Of a DNA stretch of 64,000 nucleotides, positions 58,901 to 64,000 are shown one piece after another. The notes beneath the pieces were generated by a model. The model saw nothing but the letters and a program-made list of their open reading frames with translations, had not been told where the DNA came from and searched no databases. The position numbers and the translations under genes are program-made. The stretch is from a virus. Positions within the stretch are counted from its first letter, which is position 1; the number at the start of each line of letters is the position of its first letter. The stretch lies in IMG/VR virus record IMGVR_UViG_3300042351_000809; one strand, 5' to 3'.

Positions 58901-61900
58901 TTTTTTACTTCTTCTATATTGCCGCCAGAACTTAATTCCTTTAGAGAAGTCGAGATAAGAGGCGAAATACCTTGTATATTTTTATTGAAAGTATTTAATT
59001 CTTTTGTGATATCATCTGGGCCTTTTGATGTATCTGTTATTGCTGGCAAAGCTTTTGATCTTATATCTTCGGCCTTCTTTGTAATAACATCTGTTAAAGA
59101 AGACAAACCTTTATCTAAAGCATTTCTTACTTCAGAATTTTGCTTATTTTGTATTTCAGTAATTGCTAAATTAGCTTCTTGTTCTGCCCTTCCTCTTTCG
59201 CTCATAAAAGGAGAAGCCAAACTTAAAGCACCTCTTACTCTTGCAGTAGCTAATTGCACAGAGCCTTCTGCCTGTATCTTATTTAAATCTCTAAGAGTAG
59301 ATGCTCTATTTTTCTCAGCTTCAATCTGAGAAGAAAGAGATAGATTTAAACTTTCATAAGCTTGATTTAAATCTTTTATTGTCTCTGCATTTTTTCTTGC
59401 TATTTCAATATTTTGTTTCTGAACTGCCAAAAGGTTATCTGAAGCTTGCTTTGAACTAAAAATACCTTTTCCAAATTCGTCAATTGCATCAAATAAAGCA
59501 TTTACGTTTTCAGGACTAATTTTCTTAGAAACCTCTTCGAATTTAGCAGCTAACTCTGGTCCGAAAATTCCTTTAGCCTCTAATTGAGATCTTATTCCTT
59601 TTAAAGCTTGCTCATTAATGACTGTTTGAGTCACCATCCTTGGGGCTGATTCTAAGTCTATGCTTTCGGGGCTACTAGTGTAATCTACATAGTTACTAGT
59701 TTTAAAAACTTGGCTTCTTAGACCGCTAACAAAACTTCCGAATTCTCCTGCGCCACCCTTAAAGCCAGAGAGAATATTTTGAGGGTTTACAGATTGAGTA
59801 AATAATCTAGACAACTGCTCTTGATCAGATTTCTTCAAAGTACTTCCAGCAAAAAAGCCCGTCTTATCATTTACTAACTGAGTAATTGCCAATTGTCTTT
59901 CTAAATTCTTTTGAGAATCTGCCATTTCTTTATTAACCTTAGCAATCGCTTCAGATACCTTGCCAATATCTGTTCCTGCGGCCAAAATCTTAGCTCTGAA
60001 TTCTTCTGGAATTGAAGCAAGAGAATCAGTAATGCTTGTTTGGAATTTTAATAAAGCTTGAGGTTGAGTTTTAGGATCATTCAAAGCGTTTTGCAAATTC
60101 TCTAAAGAAGTTGCATAGGTTTGCGATGCTCCAGAAAATTTAGAAGAAGACTCCTTAACTCTATCCAAACTTGTAGAAATATCAAAAATAGCTTGTTCAG
60201 CTTTTGAATCTACTATTTTTTTAGAAGCAACTCCAATTCCAACCAAAGCACCAGCAGCAAGACCAATTGGCCCAAATGCAGCACCTAAACCCGCATATTG
60301 ACCGACATCTGCAATACCTGAAAGCGCCGCTCTACCTGTTTTATTTGATTCTGGAACAAATTGTTCTGCAATATTAGCTACCCCTGCAATTGCTAATCCA
60401 GCACCAGTACCAGAAGTCCTAATCAAGGAATTTAATCTCCCTCCCTCTCTTAAACTTAAAGGATTAAGATAACCTGCTGACGCAATTCTTTGCTCTCTGG
60501 AAGCTCTTGAAGCTATAGCTCTTTGTTCTTCTACTCTGGCTCTTATGCTTTCAAATTCTGCAATTTGTTTTGGATTGGCAAATCTTCCTCCAGTAGTTCT
60601 AAGCCTTCCAGTAACATTTAAATCAGCATCTATATTAGAGAAACTAAACTTCGATTGAGCCTCTTTTCTTAGTTTCTTAATAGAGTTTGCGCTTTCAGCA
60701 ACCTCAGTTCTCTTGTTCTTTATTAGGTTTTGACTTTGAGCATTTATCTCTTTAAAGCTTCCAGCTAAAGATTTTAATTGCCCTCCTAAAGCTATAAGTG
60801 AAAATGTTACCATTGAAATATCAAACTTATCAGCAAAATTAGGAATAAAACCCTCTGCCATCCCTTTAGTTTGAGGATTAACTCCAGCTTTCCTTGCCAA
60901 AGAAATTCCATTTTCTAGAGTCCCTTCGGTTGTGTTATAAACTCCTAGGCCAATTGGATTAAATGATGATTTTAATTGACCACTTTGTCCTACTCTAATT
61001 TGAGAAGCAGAATAACCTGCCGCCATTTCGTTATTTATTGCATTTGATAAAGCATTAAAATTAGGAATAAAGCCAAGAGCCTTTTTGCTACCGGGAGCAA
61101 TACTTTTAACGATTTCTGTGACTTTAGCTCCAGAAGCTTTTAGTTTAGAAGCTTCGGCTGCGATATCTACTGAACCAGCTTTTGCTCTTGCCTCATCTTC
61201 AAATATTTTAATAAATCCTCCAAATTCAGATTCAATCTTTTTTACAAAACTAGCTTCACTATAGTCATCGTATCTGAGTTTGTAGTCTCCTAATGGACTA
61301 GTAAATCCGGGAAATAAATCACGAAGTTTAGCAATATTTTCTCCTCTTCTAATGTCAAAATCTCCTCTAGCTTGACCTTGTGGCTCTCTAACATAATCTC
61401 TTGAAAGATTAACTCCAGCTTCAAATATTTTTCCTGCAAATTGTGCTGCTGGATTTTGAACGGCATTAAGATATTTTTTTCTTGATTCTTCAGTAGCCTT
61501 TTGTCCTCCGGGTAAACTATTGGCAAATTCACTTAATAATTGATTAGCGAAAGAATCAGATCTTGATCTTAAATCTACTTGAGAATTTTGCAAAGCTTCT
61601 TTGCTAAGATTAACAACTTTAAAAGCAATAGGAACATTTCCAGCACCTCTTCCTCTTTGTACTATTTTCCCAGACATTTCTGGGCTTTCTAAAGTTAACA
61701 TGTCTGCCTGAGCCATATATGGAGGCAGTTGAGTGACCTGTCTTCCTACTTCTCTTTCTAAAGCAGCTTGTTTTGGTAACCAGTCTGGTTTTTTAGAAAT
61801 TCTTCTAATTTCTTCAATAGGAACTCCGCTATCATAAGCTCCATTTAAAGTAGCATTAGTCCATTTACCGCCAAGAGTACCATCTGGATTTAATACAGCA

Positions 61901-63852
61901 GTTTTATATTGACCTCTTGCTTGACCAGCAGTAAGCCACTGTTCAACTGTAGGAGCAAAGTTAGGTACATAACCAGTAGCCATATAAGGATTAATTCCTG
62001 TTTGACTCATTGAGCGAGAAGCTAATGAAGAAGCTGCTTTTGAACCTGCTGGAGGGAGAATAAATGGCTGACTAAATCCGGGAACATATTTTACTGTTTC
62101 GGCAGTATTCATTATTCCACCAATAGAAGCAGGAGCATTAACTACATTACCAGCGACATAACCACCTTTAGTAGCAGTCATGATTTCTGACATTCTATCT
62201 TGAGGAGGAATATAGCCTCCAGCAGATCTTCTAGTTACTGATCCTGAACGAGAAACACCCAATCCTCCTGTAATCAAAGATTTGGAAATAGAAGTAGAAG
62301 AAACAGCTATTTGTTGAGACAAAGCAGATTGCTCAACCAGTATTTGTTTAATTTCTTTTTCTACTTGAAGACGAGTTTTTGAACCGGCAATAATCGCAGA
62401 TATTAGATCAGGATTGCGAGATAATATTTGAGATACTTCTCCTTGTACAACGGCTTGTTGTTGAGCTACAGTATTTAATCCTAATAAGTTTTTAGCAGCA
62501 TCTCCAGTAAACTTACCAAAGTTAGCAAAAAGCTTTCCTAATACTGAAGCTCCAATTATCAAACCGGGGCCAGTAATAAAATTAGTAATACCAGTTAAAA
62601 TTCCTGTTCCAATTTTAGCTCCAACGCTCTCTGAGTCTTTTTCATTAATAGAAGATAGCTCTTCATTTATATATCCCAATATTTTTCTAATACCGGGAGC
62701 AACGCTTACAGATCCTACTTTAGTTGCAAATTGGGTTACATTAGCAGTGGTTTCGCTTAGAAGAGCAGATAAACTTTCATTTAAAGCTTTATTTTTTACG
62801 ATAGCTTCATCAACGGCTCTTGAAGAAGCATTTGTCGCACCTGCAAATATAGAGTTTTCTTTAGAAAGATCCGCCAAAGAAGCTTTTAAAATGTTAATCT
62901 GATAAACGCCACCAACTAATTCAGCGACTTGAGATTTAACAACTGGACTCAAGCCTTGGAAAGATTGAGCTAAATTTTCAATAACTTTTATTGCTGGAAG
63001 TGCATTACCAGAGATATCGGTTACAGTAACTCCAAAATCTCTTAAATCATTAATAACTTGAGGTCTCTCTATTCTTGTGAAAATTGTTTTTAAAGCGTTA
63101 CCGATAACAGCACCACCACGGGCAGTTGTCTGTTGAACAGCGGTAACAATACCTAGTAGTTCATCGAAGCTAACTCCTGCCTCGCTTGCAGAAGAACCTA
63201 CACGTTGAATAGCTTCAGAAAGGTCTCTTGAACTAACAGCAAATCTAGCGTCAACAGCAGCTAATTTATTAACAACTTCAGTAGTTGTAAGAGCTTCTTT
63301 TGTAAAAGAGTTTACAGCGGAAGTCAAGGCTTCAGTACTAGAAACGACATCAAGACCAGATAGACGAGTAAGAATTAGAGCGTCTCTTGTTCTTTTTAAA
63401 GTCTCTTGCAAACCCAAGCCCTGTCTTGAGAATTCCGTAGCGGCAGTTGCTACGTCTTTAAAGGAAGAGCCTGTTTGTTTCGCTACAACGAATAACTGAT
63501 CACCAAACTGCTTAATTCCTTTACTAGAAGTGTTTAGAACAATATTTATATCTGTCAGCGATTTTTCTACCTCAATAGTAGAGTTTACTAATGCGCTAAA
63601 AGCCTTCTGTACGTTATAAATAATGCCAGCAGAAGCACCGAATGCGACTACACGGGCATTGGAAGCTTCTAATGACTTTTGGAACTCGTTAGCTAGACCA
63701 GTAATTTTGCCAAGCGGTTGAGAGAAATTTCTCGTATTTAGGTTAAGAGCGCTTTTGCTCTGGATACGAGTTAACGCTGCCAACACATCTTTTTCAAGCT
63801 GGGCAGAGTTAAACGTCGCTGAAATGGGAATATTTCCTGCTGATGTAGCCAT
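55960..63852 (-). CDS. tape measure protein (TP901-like core) with extra domains
   Basis: 2630 aa; EFSRQG, GNALKTIF.RI TP901-type core; long helical region; two C-terminal GG...D.VPA...GE.V units. Confidence 0.9.
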   Translation of the reverse strand: MATSAGNIPISATFNSAQLEKDVLAALTRIQSKSALNLNTRNFSQPLGKITGLANEFQKSLEASNARVVAFGASAGIIYNVQKAFSALVNSTIEVEKSLTDINIVLNTSSKGIKQFGDQLFVVAKQTGSSFKDVATAATEFSRQGLGLQETLKRTRDALILTRLSGLDVVSSTEALTSAVNSFTKEALTTTEVVNKLAAVDARFAVSSRDLSEAIQRVGSSASEAGVSFDELLGIVTAVQQTTARGGAVIGNALKTIFTRIERPQVINDLRDFGVTVTDISGNALPAIKVIENLAQSFQGLSPVVKSQVAELVGGVYQINILKASLADLSKENSIFAGATNASSRAVDEAIVKNKALNESLSALLSETTANVTQFATKVGSVSVAPGIRKILGYINEELSSINEKDSESVGAKIGTGILTGITNFITGPGLIIGASVLGKLFANFGKFTGDAAKNLLGLNTVAQQQAVVQGEVSQILSRNPDLISAIIAGSKTRLQVEKEIKQILVEQSALSQQIAVSSTSISKSLITGGLGVSRSGSVTRRSAGGYIPPQDRMSEIMTATKGGYVAGNVVNAPASIGGIMNTAETVKYVPGFSQPFILPPAGSKAASSLASRSMSQTGINPYMATGYVPNFAPTVEQWLTAGQARGQYKTAVLNPDGTLGGKWTNATLNGAYDSGVPIEEIRRISKKPDWLPKQAALEREVGRQVTQLPPYMAQADMLTLESPEMSGKIVQRGRGAGNVPIAFKVVNLSKEALQNSQVDLRSRSDSFANQLLSEFANSLPGGQKATEESRKKYLNAVQNPAAQFAGKIFEAGVNLSRDYVREPQGQARGDFDIRRGENIAKLRDLFPGFTSPLGDYKLRYDDYSEASFVKKIESEFGGFIKIFEDEARAKAGSVDIAAEASKLKASGAKVTEIVKSIAPGSKKALGFIPNFNALSNAINNEMAAGYSASQIRVGQSGQLKSSFNPIGLGVYNTTEGTLENGISLARKAGVNPQTKGMAEGFIPNFADKFDISMVTFSLIALGGQLKSLAGSFKEINAQSQNLIKNKRTEVAESANSIKKLRKEAQSKFSFSNIDADLNVTGRLRTTGGRFANPKQIAEFESIRARVEEQRAIASRASREQRIASAGYLNPLSLREGGRLNSLIRTSGTGAGLAIAGVANIAEQFVPESNKTGRAALSGIADVGQYAGLGAAFGPIGLAAGALVGIGVASKKIVDSKAEQAIFDISTSLDRVKESSSKFSGASQTYATSLENLQNALNDPKTQPQALLKFQTSITDSLASIPEEFRAKILAAGTDIGKVSEAIAKVNKEMADSQKNLERQLAITQLVNDKTGFFAGSTLKKSDQEQLSRLFTQSVNPQNILSGFKGGAGEFGSFVSGLRSQVFKTSNYVDYTSSPESIDLESAPRMVTQTVINEQALKGIRSQLEAKGIFGPELAAKFEEVSKKISPENVNALFDAIDEFGKGIFSSKQASDNLLAVQKQNIEIARKNAETIKDLNQAYESLNLSLSSQIEAEKNRASTLRDLNKIQAEGSVQLATARVRGALSLASPFMSERGRAEQEANLAITEIQNKQNSEVRNALDKGLSSLTDVITKKAEDIRSKALPAITDTSKGPDDITKELNTFNKNIQGISPLISTSLKELSSGGNIEEVKNKLIQGISETGLFKKPEAELIAGELQNTFEGVLNELTKITEQGKFDLAIQKINSDYQRRSLQLNEKISLAGGAASLGSTGQVGVSDLFDKLTELTSSLGQNVRVGNPIETGSGFFKLLDTLSNQYGIRGGGVGAELAPLENASISARAGQIRKENERLRKLTNISLISQTGTGIQAGGALDEAFNKLNEDAVSIAIDQVTSQLKLENIGTYFDLLAQESKYANELAKTQTEILAKQAPDINANFERITTQQVGAKLDALNSSLSAALKEIVATQNRVELEKEIRNLLPIASVIEREKALTEIKSQMVNPDILFGGYSPSGSGLPLGANDTGPFSQAEQTGRERLASKINIPLENLNSILAKLYQSQTSTALNISNKTNAPAAASGFRFYEFNASNKNTSSITPIKPQSLIDAEKALAKTQENIQIQKNKKIEEINRIYGEGDKDLADQLLLEMQIADEREKITERLKKTNEEVKRFYDSAYSNTFFKEERAAVMNRRIEDQARLGNIDFGGITEKNTTYNRADFARDTGQLIDTFQTDFKSGIASAFGEAIKGTKTLKDAFRDMFQGILNRMLDKSLEMGVDALFAFGKAAATGRKDGGLIRGYNSGGMVVGGSGMKDDVPAMMSGGEFVIKKSSVKKYGSDYLRALNGGLVPKYAVGGFSMGPLQNEFLYDNPDRPTSGEFAVDSRLSAAALTDENNPQNRLRQDRYEKLDQYLQDRSQYEKDKQQAIKNYKNQVNSTFYSGLTAAAVQLGAAGLTVGAANMRTSAAASAARGLEPGGNLTQAQLNAQYARNLRSNGGYIARFAGGGSTGKDNIPALLMGGEYVMNKKAVDMYGRDFMNQLNTGTLPKYASGGMVGTSYTAGQNTPESSVTELVAALNTLNENLSKGNDITQAESGKISAAGANQESGMSVVNNISINVAQTGEVTSEANATTQNGGSNTNKDQNNIQNNAKLAELLRSKVVEVLVEQKRPGGLLYASR

Positions 63853-63874
63853 ATGTCCTTAAACCTAAGAATAA

Positions 63875-63880
63875 TTACAC
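63875..63880 (-). promoter_or_regulatory. GTGTAA motif upstream of tape measure
   Basis: GTGTAATTATTC, 22 nt before ATG 63852. Confidence 0.5.
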
Positions 63881-64000
63881 TTAAACGCCGTGTAATTTAA
63901 TTAAATCTTCAAAGCTTAATGAACCACCTTTTTTCTTCGCCGCTTCATCTAAAGAGATGCTTCCAGTGTTGTCCTGCTTTAATTTCTTTAGGTCTTCCTT
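63881..64000 (-). CDS. 3' end of a gene upstream of the tape measure (possible tail assembly chaperone)
   Basis: Open frame ...KEDLKKLKQDNTGSISLDEAAKKKGGSLSFEDLIKLHGV-stop; function inferred from position only. Confidence 0.55.
   Translation of the reverse strand, partial: KEDLKKLKQDNTGSISLDEAAKKKGGSLSFEDLIKLHGV

Noticed and set aside
1739-61532. Numerous short antisense or nested ORFs in the track (e.g. 1739..1924, 3821..4057, 8698..8991, 31272..31751, 46459..46908, 58919..59329)
   Set aside because: They overlap well-supported genes, have no recognisable motifs and look like shadow frames
1-64000. Stop-codon reassignment
   Set aside because: The standard code gives near-complete coding density, with TAA, TGA and TAG all ending genes at sensible boundaries

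Overview
This is a 64 kb segment of a large, AT-rich (about one third GC by eye) tailed dsDNA phage genome. It uses the standard genetic code and genes are tightly packed. I saw no integrase, host housekeeping synteny, tRNA or CRISPR array. From left to right: (1) small accessory genes, Hsp20, dUTPase and dCMP deaminase on the minus strand; (2) an ORF-free, strongly base-paired region at 4681-5000 with its own sigma70-type promoter (candidate novel ncRNA); (3) dNMP kinase, a phage sigma factor and a class II ribonucleotide reductase; (4) a ~10 kb cluster of soluble glycosyltransferases, methyltransferases, Gmd and a ColD-like dehydratase; (5) a replication/recombination module with RecA-like, DnaB, primase, Cas4-like nuclease, a DnaE split into PHP / DEDDh exonuclease / core genes, and a Rad52-like protein; (6) a lambda-like tail module (gpM, gpL, two gpK, gpI, gpJ with a 760-aa insertion), a large IPT/LamG fibre, three tube-like paralogs and a 2630-aa tape measure on the opposite strand. 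Non-coding signals read directly from the sequence are sigma70-type promoters giving near-leaderless mRNAs, a sigma54-type promoter before hsp20, a recurring GTGTAA-AT-rich motif, an AGG-N4-AGG motif before tail genes, and strong apparent avoidance of CCWGG. All protein calls come from motif recognition by eye, not database searches.
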